Below, piece by piece: positions 55,954 through 64,000 of a DNA stretch of 64,000 nt. The translations under genes were made by a program, and so were the position numbers. Origin of the DNA: Bacteroidales bacterium (GTDB lineage: Bacteria; Bacteroidota; Bacteroidia; Bacteroidales; GCA-2748055); NCBI GenBank assembly GCA_046485075.1, contig JAWOHR010000091.1, positions 19,668 to 83,667 on the forward strand, in the 5' to 3' direction. The notes beneath the pieces were generated by a model. That model was given only the letters and a program-made list of their open reading frames with translations. It was not told where the DNA came from and searched no databases. The first letter of the stretch is position 1; each line of letters opens with the position of its first letter.

Positions 55954-56112
55954 AGCAACAGTAGTCAACATCGTTTGTAAGCCATTGCTGGTATCGGTTT
56001 ACGGTAGCTATCACTCTTGGTTACCTTGTGGAAGCTTAACCACCCATTCAGTCGACTAAAATCTCTTCGTGCTCCGCATTCCCGGTATTTTAGGAATGTG
56101 ACTGAATGACTC

Positions 56113-56299
56113 GCTAAACAAAATTGTGTAACTTACATATCGTACCCCGACTGATGGTCGGCATTGAGCAAAACGCAACTGAACAAAATGCTAAACGTAA
56201 TTTGGTCGCGCCCTTGCGGGCTTTACAGTCTGCCCGAGCAAGCTCAGCAGCCTCCGCCCTAAGTACGGAACTTCGTTTAGCAAGGCATTATTTTCAATT
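56113..56299 (+). repeat. attC-like intergenic repeat, copy B (longest, about 175 bp)
   Basis: GCTAAACAAAATT ... AACTTCGTTTAGC (inverted ends) AAGGC ATTATTTTCAATT; internal hairpins CCGACTGATGGTCGG and CTGCCCGAGCAAGCTCAGCAG. Confidence 0.85.
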
Positions 56300-56325
56300 G
56301 TAAAAGAAATCAGACACACCTAAAC

Positions 56326-56703
56326 ATGAATAAAAAAAGACAGGAAAGTGAACCCCCATTGGCGACATCAGAATGGGGCTGGAGATATCATCATCTAGGA
56401 ATACCCACAGATAAGGCTATTGATGGAGAGAAATATATTCCACAATTTAAGTTTTATGTTTCCGGTTTTAATACAAGTCCATACGGAATTGAATGGATGC
56501 GGTTTGACAAGGATAGTCCCATTCATGATCTTATTAAAATGGTTCCTCATATAGCCTTTGAAGTCGATGATCTGGATTTGGAACTTGCCAGATTTAACTT
56601 CAATATTCTAACTCCACCTAATTCTCCTGGCGAGGGGATAATGGTTGCAATGATTGAGCATAACGGAGCCCCGATTGAATTAATTGAATTTGAGAAAAAT
56701 TGA
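56326..56703 (+). CDS. VOC/glyoxalase-superfamily protein
   Basis: YHHLGIPT, PHIAFEVDDL, GAPIELIEF. Confidence 0.82.
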   Translation: MNKKRQESEPPLATSEWGWRYHHLGIPTDKAIDGEKYIPQFKFYVSGFNTSPYGIEWMRFDKDSPIHDLIKMVPHIAFEVDDLDLELARFNFNILTPPNSPGEGIMVAMIEHNGAPIELIEFEKN

Positions 56704-56788
56704 AATAACAACTGAACACAGCAGCTAAACTAAATTGCTTAACTTACATATCGTAACCCGACCGATGGTCGGCATTGAGCATAACGCA
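56698..56788 (+). repeat. attC-like repeat, copy C (left half)
   Basis: AATTGAAATAAC ... AGCAGCTAAACTAAATTGCTTAACTTACATATCGTAACCCGACCGATGGTCGGCATTGAGCATAACGCA; nearly identical to 56113-56177. Confidence 0.85.
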
Positions 56789-56800
56789 TTAAAACCAAAA

Positions 56801-57238
56801 ATGAAACCATTATTACCTATACTACCTATAATTCTCTTCTTCATTGGATGCGGCCATTCAAAAAGCAAGGAAGAAATTAAGAATGAAATATTCCAGACTG
56901 AGAAGGCTTTTGAGAAGATGACATTAGAAAAGGGCATCACAGAAGCCTTTTACTATTTTGCAGATGAAAATGCAGTCATAAAAAGGGAGAATGATACACT
57001 TATTTCAGGTAAAGAGAATATCAGAATCTATTATGAGAAAAAAGACATAATAGATGCAACAGTTAATTGGACACCAGACTTTATCGATGTTTCTAAATCT
57101 GGTGATCTTGGATATACTTATGGTAAATATATTTGGAAGATCAAAGGTATTGATGGTATTATCGTGGAATATAAGGGTGTCTTTCACACTGTGTGGAAAA
57201 GGCAGGAGGATAATGGTTGGAAGTATGTTTGGGATTAA
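56801..57238 (+). CDS. NTF2-like/DUF4440 lipoprotein
   Basis: LFFIGC lipobox; TEKAF, AFYYFADENA, WTPDFIDVS.SGDLGYTYG, TVWKRQ.DG.WK. ATG 56801. Confidence 0.82.
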   Translation: MKPLLPILPIILFFIGCGHSKSKEEIKNEIFQTEKAFEKMTLEKGITEAFYYFADENAVIKRENDTLISGKENIRIYYEKKDIIDATVNWTPDFIDVSKSGDLGYTYGKYIWKIKGIDGIIVEYKGVFHTVWKRQEDNGWKYVWD

Positions 57239-57249
57239 TAACTATTTAT

Positions 57250-57361
57250 CTGCCGTTAACAAACTAAATTGCTTAACATTCAGGCTTTAAGTCTGCCTGA
57301 GCAAGCTCGGCAGCCTCCGCCCTCAGTCCAGAACTTCGCTTAGCGAGGCATTAGAGGTAAG
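57250..57361 (+). repeat. attC-like repeat, copy D (internally shortened, both ends present)
   Basis: CTGCCGTTAAC AAACTAAATTGCTTAAC...GTCTGCCTGAGCAAGCTCGGCAGCCTCCGCCCTCAGTCCAGAACTTCGCTTAGCGAGGC ATTAGAGGTAAG. Confidence 0.85.
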
Positions 57362-57378
57362 CAAAAAAATCAATAACA

Positions 57379-58167
57379 ATGAAAACTTTTAAATTCAGAC
57401 TACTATTTGTCAGCATTTTATTTTCCTCAAAAATATTATACAGTCAAACTGATAATAAATTATTTTTGGGAGAAAAGAACTTGATCCATTCCGAAATACT
57501 TGTTCTGCATATATGCATACTTAAATCGTAGTGAACTGTTTAAAGGATTTATTTCTATGGATCCTGCATTAAACTGGGATAATTATATATGCGAACAAAT
57601 GCTAAGATCATTACCCATTAATGCACAGAATTTTAACAACAGGTTGTATATTTCATCGGCTCACAACGCACCTGAGGGGAAACGCGATAAAGGACTACTT
57701 AGAATGTCCCAACTGTCATTTACAAAAGAACTAAAAAAGAAAGGTGTAAATAACAACAAATTTGAGCTGTTTGAAAAAGAAATACACTTGACTGTTGCTT
57801 ATCAAAGTTTACATTCTGGATTAATGTTTATTTTTCCCGATTATTATATTTTTAAAAATCCTCAGTTTACGCCAGAAATTCCATTTATCGAAGAGTTTTA
57901 TAGAAATGTTTCGGATTCGTATGGAATGAATTTTGCTCCACCTGAATATTTAATTGAGATGATAGGAAAGTACTATCTTTTTGAGAATTATTTAAGTTAA
58001 ATACTGTCAATTATCCTAATTCATACAAAGCTTTTGAATTTTTGGCTAAAGCCTACATAGCATCTGGTGATCTTGATAATGCAATTTTGAATTATCAAGA
58101 ATCTTTGAATTTAAATTCAAGTAATAATAATATTAAAAAAGTTTTATCTGAACTTGAATTAAAATAA
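57379..58167 (+). pseudogene. Fragmented secreted alpha/beta-hydrolase (esterase) with TPR tail
   Basis: Three pieces in different frames: MKTFKFRLLFVSILFSSKILYSQ...IHSEIL; FCIYAYL...ISMDPALNW...EIHLTV (ORF 57500-58000); FKLNTVNYPNSYKAFEFLAKAY...NYQESLNLN (stop 58167). No G-x-S-x-G remains. Confidence 0.78.
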
Positions 58168-58386
58168 TCCTTTGAATGAGAGTACCAGAATGCCCTTAAA
58201 GTGTTCCTCATGCACCTTTTGTTGCAGGGAGCTTAGCTGATTCATGGCAAGTTTTCAAATTCTGACTGTATTCTTGATGTTGATTCAGCTTATGTAAATG
58301 CTCAAACCAGTTCGCCACACATATGGCATGCCAGTGAGTTTTTTTGTATTTATTGGAAATGAAAAAATAACTACGCACGTGAACAC

Positions 58387-59151
58387 TTAATCCTTTTTCT
58401 GGTTTTCGATGGCTTTGCGAAGTGCAATTACTTCTGATTTCAGTTCTTCAATTTCCTTGGAGCCGGCAATCGGGGCGTCTTTATCTTCGGCGTCACGACC
58501 GATGAAATAAGTGGCAAAAGTCGCAGTGACGTAGCCGAAAATGCTATATCCGAAAACAGCAATTAGAAAACCTAACACGCGACCTTCAGGTGTCATCGGA
58601 TTAAATTCGTTACTTGCCGTGATCACCCGCATTGCTGTCCACCAAAGCGCAAGCCCGTAACTGGTAAAGCCGGGGTTCGGGTTTTCCAGAGCATACATTC
58701 CGGCAGCTCCTGCAAAGGTTACAATCAGAGTAATGCCCATCACATAGCCAAAGGCACGGCGCTGCATGGTTTTGCCTAAGCTTCGCATGCCTCTGTTGAG
58801 TGATGATATAATCCGCACAAGCCTGATACTCCGAAGGCCGCGTAAAAGCCTAACAAACCGGAAAACCTGAAATATACGTAATGCTGGAATAAACAATGAA
58901 ATGGCGGTAAGCCAATTTTTTTTCAGGAAAGGCAGTTTTTCTGGGGCGAGTGCAAACTTGATCAGGAAATCAATAATAAATATTCCCCAAATTCCAATGG
59001 TAACAAATTCGAGGGTCTTGTTGATTCCCCAGATTAGCTCAGCTACGAGCAGGACAAGCCATACGAATCCCAGGAAGATCATAGGTCCTTCAAGAATTTG
59101 CTCTACCTTTCTGAGCAGCCTTTTTCGTTCACTTTTAATGTCGCGTTTCAT
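58387..59151 (-). CDS. Ion transporter / voltage-gated channel-like membrane protein
   Basis: Multiple TM helices, Arg-rich S4-like RIFQVFRFVRLLRGLRSIRLVR, pore helix ALWW, PMTPEGR. ATG 59151 preferred. Confidence 0.85.
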   Translation of the reverse strand: MKRDIKSERKRLLRKVEQILEGPMIFLGFVWLVLLVAELIWGINKTLEFVTIGIWGIFIIDFLIKFALAPEKLPFLKKNWLTAISLFIPALRIFQVFRFVRLLRGLRSIRLVRIISSLNRGMRSLGKTMQRRAFGYVMGITLIVTFAGAAGMYALENPNPGFTSYGLALWWTAMRVITASNEFNPMTPEGRVLGFLIAVFGYSIFGYVTATFATYFIGRDAEDKDAPIAGSKEIEELKSEVIALRKAIENQKKD

Positions 59152-59289
59152 ACTTTGGGATCTCCGAATATAAGAAAAACTCCTGCAAATTTTGAACACC
59201 GGCAATTGATTTCAAATGAATGTCCAAGCAAAGTAATCTGCTGTTCCAGCTTACGGACAACACCTAAAAAAAGCCGGTGTAAACTGATA

Positions 59290-59321
59290 GGAACTTCATT
59301 TAGCGAGGTATTAGCGGCAAG
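59290..59321 (+). repeat. attC-like repeat, copy E (right end only)
   Basis: GGAACTTCATTTAGCGAGGT ATTAGCGGCAAG. Confidence 0.75.
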
Positions 59322-59411
59322 CACATTCAAACCTACAAAAGGATTTTCATACTGAATTCCAAGCTTTTATCGTAAATTAACGCTATTAAATATACTTTAA
59401 ATGCATCAAGT

Positions 59412-60152
59412 ATGAAAGTACTTATCATCTACGCGCATCCAAATCCTATGTCATTTACAAAAGCTGTCCTTGACAATTTTGTAAAAGGTCTTCAGGAAGT
59501 GGGACATCAATATGAAGTAGTCGATTTGTATAAAATTAAGTTCAACCCTGTATTGCAGGATAAGGATTCTGCTTTTTTTGTGGATAAAGATATGCCTGAA
59601 TGGCTTTTCAAGCAAATGGACATGAGGAAGATGATAATCGAGCTTGCGGGTGGGCCTGTAAGAAGGTTGATTGCAAAATTGTACATTAAGAACAAGAGTG
59701 ATGATGATCTGCGTGAGCTTATTAGTTCTCAGAAGCCCAGGGATGTGTTAACACAGCAAAAGAAAGTAGCAGAAGCGGATGTGCTCGTATTCATAACACA
59801 GGTGATCTGGATGCACTTTCCCGCGATAATGAAGGGGTGGATAGAACGAGTTTTTTCTTATGGATTTGCATACAGATTGAATGAAAGCGGATGGAATGGT
59901 GATCCGGATGGCAGAATTCCTTTATTGAAAATTAAGAAAGCTATAATAATGCATCCTACTTTCTTCAACGAAATAGTTTACAGGGAAAAGGGATTCAGAG
60001 AGTCCATGGAAAAAATTATTGATAACTGGAGCCTGAAATACCCCGGAATTCAAACTGTCGACCATATCTACTTCCATTCTATATTGGCAGTGGATAATGA
60101 CACACGTAAAAAGTATCTTGAAATAGCATATTTAAAAGGTAAAAACTTATAA
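59412..60152 (+). CDS. NAD(P)H-dependent oxidoreductase (flavodoxin-2 / quinone reductase-like)
   Basis: IIYAHP..SF, DLY..FNPVL, AD.LVF..W..FPAIMKGWIERVF..GFAY. Confidence 0.9.
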   Translation: MKVLIIYAHPNPMSFTKAVLDNFVKGLQEVGHQYEVVDLYKIKFNPVLQDKDSAFFVDKDMPEWLFKQMDMRKMIIELAGGPVRRLIAKLYIKNKSDDDLRELISSQKPRDVLTQQKKVAEADVLVFITQVIWMHFPAIMKGWIERVFSYGFAYRLNESGWNGDPDGRIPLLKIKKAIIMHPTFFNEIVYREKGFRESMEKIIDNWSLKYPGIQTVDHIYFHSILAVDNDTRKKYLEIAYLKGKNL

Positions 60153-60156
60153 GATT

Positions 60157-60408
60157 ATGAATACTCTTAATTTTACAGACATTAACTTTTATGCAGTATT
60201 TGTTGCATGGATAATTCACATTGTTATAGGATTGTTATGGTTTCGGCCTAAGCTGTTTGGAAATGAATGGTCAAAGCTGACAGCAAAAGAACTTAACCCC
60301 GAAAAAAAATGGATTATTCCAGGTTTTGCAGGTCATCTGCCAATGTTTCCCCTCCTAGCCTTTGAATACGATTTAGGAGAGCTGATGTTAAAAGTATTAA
60401 AGATGTAA
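60157..60408 (+). pseudogene. Truncated DUF1761-like membrane protein
   Basis: INFYAVFVAW...IGLLWF.PKLFG..W matches the DUF1761 N-terminus, but the ORF is only 83 aa and appears to lose similarity after about residue 60. Confidence 0.55.
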
Positions 60409-60462
60409 GCGTAATTATTGTAGCATAAAAATGAATATCATGATGCACCATTATTGGGAATT

Positions 60463-60498
60463 GCTAATCAAAATTGCTTAACTTACCTATCGAGTCGG
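60463..60498 (+). repeat. attC-like repeat, copy F (left end only)
   Basis: GCTAATCAAAATTGCTTAACTTACCTATCG..GTCGG. Confidence 0.75.
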
Positions 60499-60516
60499 TT
60501 CTTTAAAAGGGAAATC

Positions 60517-61710
60517 ATGAAAAATTTAAAACTTATCCCAATTGTAGTTATCAGTCTAATGATTTTCTCCTGTGAGAAAGAAAAGGACAATGAACCTGAC
60601 TTGAATTTTGAAAAAGTCAATGGCTTTGTACAAAAAGGACCTTACCTGAATGGAACTGAGATAACAATTTCTGAGTTGACCAGTGATTTAGTTCCAACCG
60701 GAAAGAATTTCACGTCGCAGATTCTTGATAACAAAGGAACTTTTGAGATAGCGAATGTAGAATTGACATCTCAGTATGTCGAATTAAAAGCCGATGGATT
60801 TTATTTTAATGAAGTGAAAAACTCAAATTCATCTGCCCAACTGACATTATTTGCATTATCAGATTTATCAAATAAAAGCAACTTAAATGTTAATATACTT
60901 TCAAATTTGGAGAGAAATCGTGTTAAAACTCTCATTTCTCAAGGTGAAAGTTTTTCTGATGCAAAAAAAATGGCACAGAGGGAAATTTTATCAATTTTTG
61001 AGATTGAAAGAGAAGAAATTTCAGAATCAGAGCAATTGGATATTACAAAATCAGGAGATGATAACGCCATATTGCTGGCAGTTTCAGTAATACTTCAAGG
61101 TTACCTTTCTGTTTCGGATTTATCAGAATTGTCAGCGAATATCAGTACTGATATACGAGAAGATGGACAATTAAACAGTCAATCATTAGGCTCGACTTTG
61201 ATAAACAATGCTAAAACAATTAAATTAGAAACAATTAGGAATAACCTCGAAAGCAGATATGAGGAGCTTGGATTAAATATTACTATTCCTGATTTTGAAA
61301 AATTTGTAATTCAATTTATTAACAGTACAGATTTTGAATTTACAGGTTTTATTGAATATCCTGAAACAGGTAAACATGGAACAAATATACTTGATAAAGA
61401 AAAAACGATTTACACTGCGGGAACATATTCAATGAAAGCCATACTACCCGAAGGGACAAGCCTAAAAGTTAAGATAAGTGGACAAAATTGGTTTTATCCA
61501 GCATTCCAGGATAATACAGGTTGGGAGCATTCGGATTGGAATGATAAGGACAATTCCCGGATATTTACAGCCACAAGGACTGGTGAAATAGATTTTGAGA
61601 TATTCTTTGAAAGCTATCAAGACAGCACTATGTCAAACAAAACCAATCTCTTTGTTTACGAAAATGATGATATAGAACCAACATGGACAAAGGAGATTAC
61701 GGTGAATTAA
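60517..61710 (+). CDS. Hypothetical lipoprotein ('G.VQKGP...G' N-terminal domain family)
   Basis: LMIFSC lipobox; NGFVQKGPYLNG, GFYFNEV, NVNILS.LE, NAILLAVS.ILQ. ATG 60517. Confidence 0.75.
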   Translation: MKNLKLIPIVVISLMIFSCEKEKDNEPDLNFEKVNGFVQKGPYLNGTEITISELTSDLVPTGKNFTSQILDNKGTFEIANVELTSQYVELKADGFYFNEVKNSNSSAQLTLFALSDLSNKSNLNVNILSNLERNRVKTLISQGESFSDAKKMAQREILSIFEIEREEISESEQLDITKSGDDNAILLAVSVILQGYLSVSDLSELSANISTDIREDGQLNSQSLGSTLINNAKTIKLETIRNNLESRYEELGLNITIPDFEKFVIQFINSTDFEFTGFIEYPETGKHGTNILDKEKTIYTAGTYSMKAILPEGTSLKVKISGQNWFYPAFQDNTGWEHSDWNDKDNSRIFTATRTGEIDFEIFFESYQDSTMSNKTNLFVYENDDIEPTWTKEITVN

Positions 61711-61728
61711 AAATACGAAAGTAGCAGA

Positions 61729-62418
61729 GTGGAAAATGAAAATCATTTTGTAAAAAGAAGCGGATGGCTGAGAGCTTCCGTACTAGGAGCCAATGATGGT
61801 ATTCTTTCTACCACCAGCCTGGCCATTGGTGTTGCAGCCGCAAGTGTGGCACGAGAACCAATTATAATGGCAACATTGGCAGGAGTGGTTGCGGGAGCAT
61901 TGTCCATGGCTGCAGGTGAATATGTTTCAGTAAGTTCGCAGTTAGACGTTGAAACCGCCGATTTGAAAAGGGAATATAATGAACTTGCCAGTACACCGGA
62001 TATTGAATTAAATGAACTTTCTAAAATATACGAAAATAGAGGGCTTACAAGCGAATTGGCAATAGAAGTTGCAAAACAACTCACTGCTCACAATGCCTTG
62101 GAAGCACACGCAAGAGATGAACTGGGTATTACTGAAATTTCCCAGGCAAAACCCTTACAAGCTGCTGTTGCATCTGCAGCTTCGTTTATAGCTGGCGGAA
62201 TATTTCCACTATTATTAGCTGTTTTTGCACCCTTAAAGCAGATGATATTCTTCCAATATGGGTTCTCCATACTTTTTCTTGCTTTATCAGGAACCCTTGC
62301 AGCAAAAGTCGGAGGATCTAAAATCGGCAAATCTGTATTGAGAATATGTATCTGGGGTACGATTGCGATGGTAATGTCAGCGTTAATAGGGTATTTATTT
62401 GGAGTGAGCATGCAATAG
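61729..62418 (+). CDS. VIT1/CCC1 family iron/manganese transporter
   Basis: LRASVLGANDGILS, AGALSMAAGEYVSVSSQ, AHARDELGI, PLQAA.ASA; GTG start. Confidence 0.93.
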   Translation: MENENHFVKRSGWLRASVLGANDGILSTTSLAIGVAAASVAREPIIMATLAGVVAGALSMAAGEYVSVSSQLDVETADLKREYNELASTPDIELNELSKIYENRGLTSELAIEVAKQLTAHNALEAHARDELGITEISQAKPLQAAVASAASFIAGGIFPLLLAVFAPLKQMIFFQYGFSILFLALSGTLAAKVGGSKIGKSVLRICIWGTIAMVMSALIGYLFGVSMQ

Positions 62419-62436
62419 GTTTTAATATATAAGACA

Positions 62437-63324
62437 ATGGCTTTCATCGATTATTACAAAATATTAGGAGTAGAAAAAAAGGCTACCGCAGGCAACATAA
62501 AGAGTGCCTACCGAAAACTAGCCAGAAAATATCACCCTGATTTGAATCCTAACGATGCAGAGGCGAATAAGAACTTTCAGCAAATCAATGAAGCGAATGA
62601 AGTACTTAGTGACCCTGAAAAACGAAAAAAATACGATAAATACGGGAAAGACTGGCAACATGCTGAACAGTTTGATAATGCAAACCAATCTCAGAAACAA
62701 TCATCAGATTTTCGTAGGCAAAAGTACTCCCGGGCACAATCCGACGGGGACTTTTCGGATTTCTTCGAAACCATGTTTGGTGGTTCAGCAAATGCCGGCA
62801 GAAGCAGGCAGTCAAAATTTAGAGGCGAGGATTATAACGCACAATTACAACTTGACCTTACAGATGCTTATATAACCCACAAACAAACGCTTACTGTAAA
62901 TGGAAGGAATATAAGAATTACCATTCCTGCCGGAATTGAAAACGGACAAACCATTAAAATAGCAGGACATGGGGGGCCGGGAATAAATGGCGGACCGAAC
63001 GGTGATTTGTACATTTCATTTTCAATAGCTAATCATCCTAAAATCAAAAGACTGGGTAATGATTTATATATGCAGGTTGAATTAGAATTATACACAGCAG
63101 TATTGGGAGGTGAAATTACCATCGATACCCTGAGTGGAAAAGTGAAGCTTAAAGTAAAGCCCGAAACGCAAAATGGAAGTAAGGTAAAACTCAAGGGGAA
63201 AGGATTTCCTGTTTATAAAAGCGATGGGCAGTTCGGAGACCTATACATAACTTATACAGTTAAGATCCCATCCAATTTAACCGAAAGGCAAAAAAGCTTA
63301 TTTACTGAATTATCAAAATCATAA
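62437..63324 (+). CDS. cbpA: DnaJ-class chaperone CbpA
   Basis: [31 protein letters not shown]-terminal DnaJ_C domain; no zinc finger. Confidence 0.9.
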   Translation: MAFIDYYKILGVEKKATAGNIKSAYRKLARKYHPDLNPNDAEANKNFQQINEANEVLSDPEKRKKYDKYGKDWQHAEQFDNANQSQKQSSDFRRQKYSRAQSDGDFSDFFETMFGGSANAGRSRQSKFRGEDYNAQLQLDLTDAYITHKQTLTVNGRNIRITIPAGIENGQTIKIAGHGGPGINGGPNGDLYISFSIANHPKIKRLGNDLYMQVELELYTAVLGGEITIDTLSGKVKLKVKPETQNGSKVKLKGKGFPVYKSDGQFGDLYITYTVKIPSNLTERQKSLFTELSKS

Positions 63325-63335
63325 TATTTAGTATT

Positions 63336-63650
63336 ATGGAAACAAAGAGAATAGATGATTTAATAGCCGTAAATGAATTCTGTGTCAATCACAATATTGA
63401 GATTTCATTTGTAAACCTGTTGCAACAAACTGGATTAATTGAAATCAGCACCATAGAGTCAAAGTATTTTGTTAAAAAAGAGCAGCTTCCTCAACTTGAA
63501 AAATTTGTCCGTTTCTATTATGATCTGGATATTAACCTGGAAGGGATTGAGACTATATCCTATTTGTTGCAACGAATTGAAAATCTGCAGAATGAGATTA
63601 TTAAACTCAAAAACAAGCTTCGCTTTTATGATGCACAAGGATATGACTAA
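63336..63650 (+). CDS. cbpM: Chaperone modulator CbpM (MerR-like)
   Basis: FC..HNIEISFV..L...GLI, RFYYDLDINLEGI..I..LL; directly follows cbpA. Confidence 0.88.
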   Translation: METKRIDDLIAVNEFCVNHNIEISFVNLLQQTGLIEISTIESKYFVKKEQLPQLEKFVRFYYDLDINLEGIETISYLLQRIENLQNEIIKLKNKLRFYDAQGYD

Positions 63651-63675
63651 AAAAAGACATTCATTTTGTTAAAAC

Positions 63676-63732
63676 AAACAGCTCTTTTACAAATCCCACG
63701 AACTGCAATTCATGGTTGCAAAAGAGCTGTTT
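63676..63732. terminator. Long hairpin between convergent genes (bidirectional terminator-like)
   Basis: AAACAGCTCTTTT ... AAAAGAGCTGTTT 13-bp arms with inner CCAcGAA/TTCaTGG pairing. Confidence 0.65.
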
Positions 63733-63777
63733 TTACCCCATACACAAACACTGTGACACTACACTGCACCCTATTGA

Positions 63778-64000
63778 TTATTCCCAAAAATTCTCAGTTG
63801 TTAAAACAATCACTTCGCCTGGCACCTGTGTGCTTTCATTCTCTTCGGCAGTAATAAAGATTTTAATTGGTTGAAATGAAGATACTGCCTCAAAAGAGAC
63901 CTTTAAACTATTTGAACTACTTATTCGCCCTATATTAATAGTTGTTTCTCTGTCTGTAACCATCCACACGACATAGGTTTTCATAGCCGGATTCAATCTT
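63778..64000 (-). CDS. Hypothetical protein, C-terminal part (start lies beyond the window)
   Basis: Open frame to the window edge: RLNPAMKTYVVWM...NIGRI...SFEAVSSFQPIKIFITAEE. Confidence 0.6.
   Translation of the reverse strand, partial: RLNPAMKTYVVWMVTDRETTINIGRISSSNSLKVSFEAVSSFQPIKIFITAEENESTQVPGEVIVLTTENFWE

Noticed and set aside
57480-58010. Programmed frameshifting in the esterase gene
   Set aside because: The catalytic region is physically missing, so recoding could not restore the protein.
58340-58386. AATAACTACGCAC as an additional R''-like cassette end
   Set aside because: The AAC triplet and the following repeat are absent; too degraded to call.
48043-60498. Repeats as a CRISPR array
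   Set aside because: Copies are long, degenerate and separated by whole genes rather than 30-40-nt spacers; no cas genes are present.
61711-63650. VIT-cbpA-cbpM as further cassettes
   Set aside because: Intergenic gaps are under 20 bp with no repeat; this looks like an ordinary operon.
46185-64000. Integrase, transposase or reverse transcriptase driving the array
   Set aside because: No ORF shows tyrosine-recombinase R-H-R-Y, DDE, HUH or YADD-type motifs in this window.

Overview
This is a 64-kb chromosomal segment from a Bacteroidota bacterium (Bacteroidales/Marinilabiliales-like), judged from T9SS C-terminal domains, TAnnTTTG promoters, and lipoprotein/Q-type signal peptides. Positions 1-46 kb are mostly carbohydrate metabolism. 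They include an SGNH esterase, a DUF5060/GH5-like protein, GH106, GH35, GH26-CBM, GH18 and GH2, plus a co-directional GH95-esterase/GH43x3/GH51/GH9/DUF2961 cluster with no susC/susD in view. Housekeeping genes here include deoC with a GntR regulator and its operator, aguA/aguB, pcm and a tRNA m6A37 methyltransferase. From about 46.2 kb to the end the DNA is visibly more AT-rich. It carries short unrelated genes: two toxin-antitoxin pairs, VOC, DUF4440, flavodoxin-like and lipoprotein genes, and pseudogenes. These genes are separated by copies of a conserved hairpin-forming intergenic repeat (GCTAAACnAAATT...AACTTCGTTTAGCGAGGC|ATT). Three of the gene units have their own mutually complementary ends, which is the signature expected of integron-type gene cassettes. 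I read this as a decaying attC-like cassette array with non-canonical core sites and no integrase in the window. It is the most notable signal here. No rRNA, tRNA, CRISPR array or transposase was seen. All calls were made by eye from motifs; no database searches were run.
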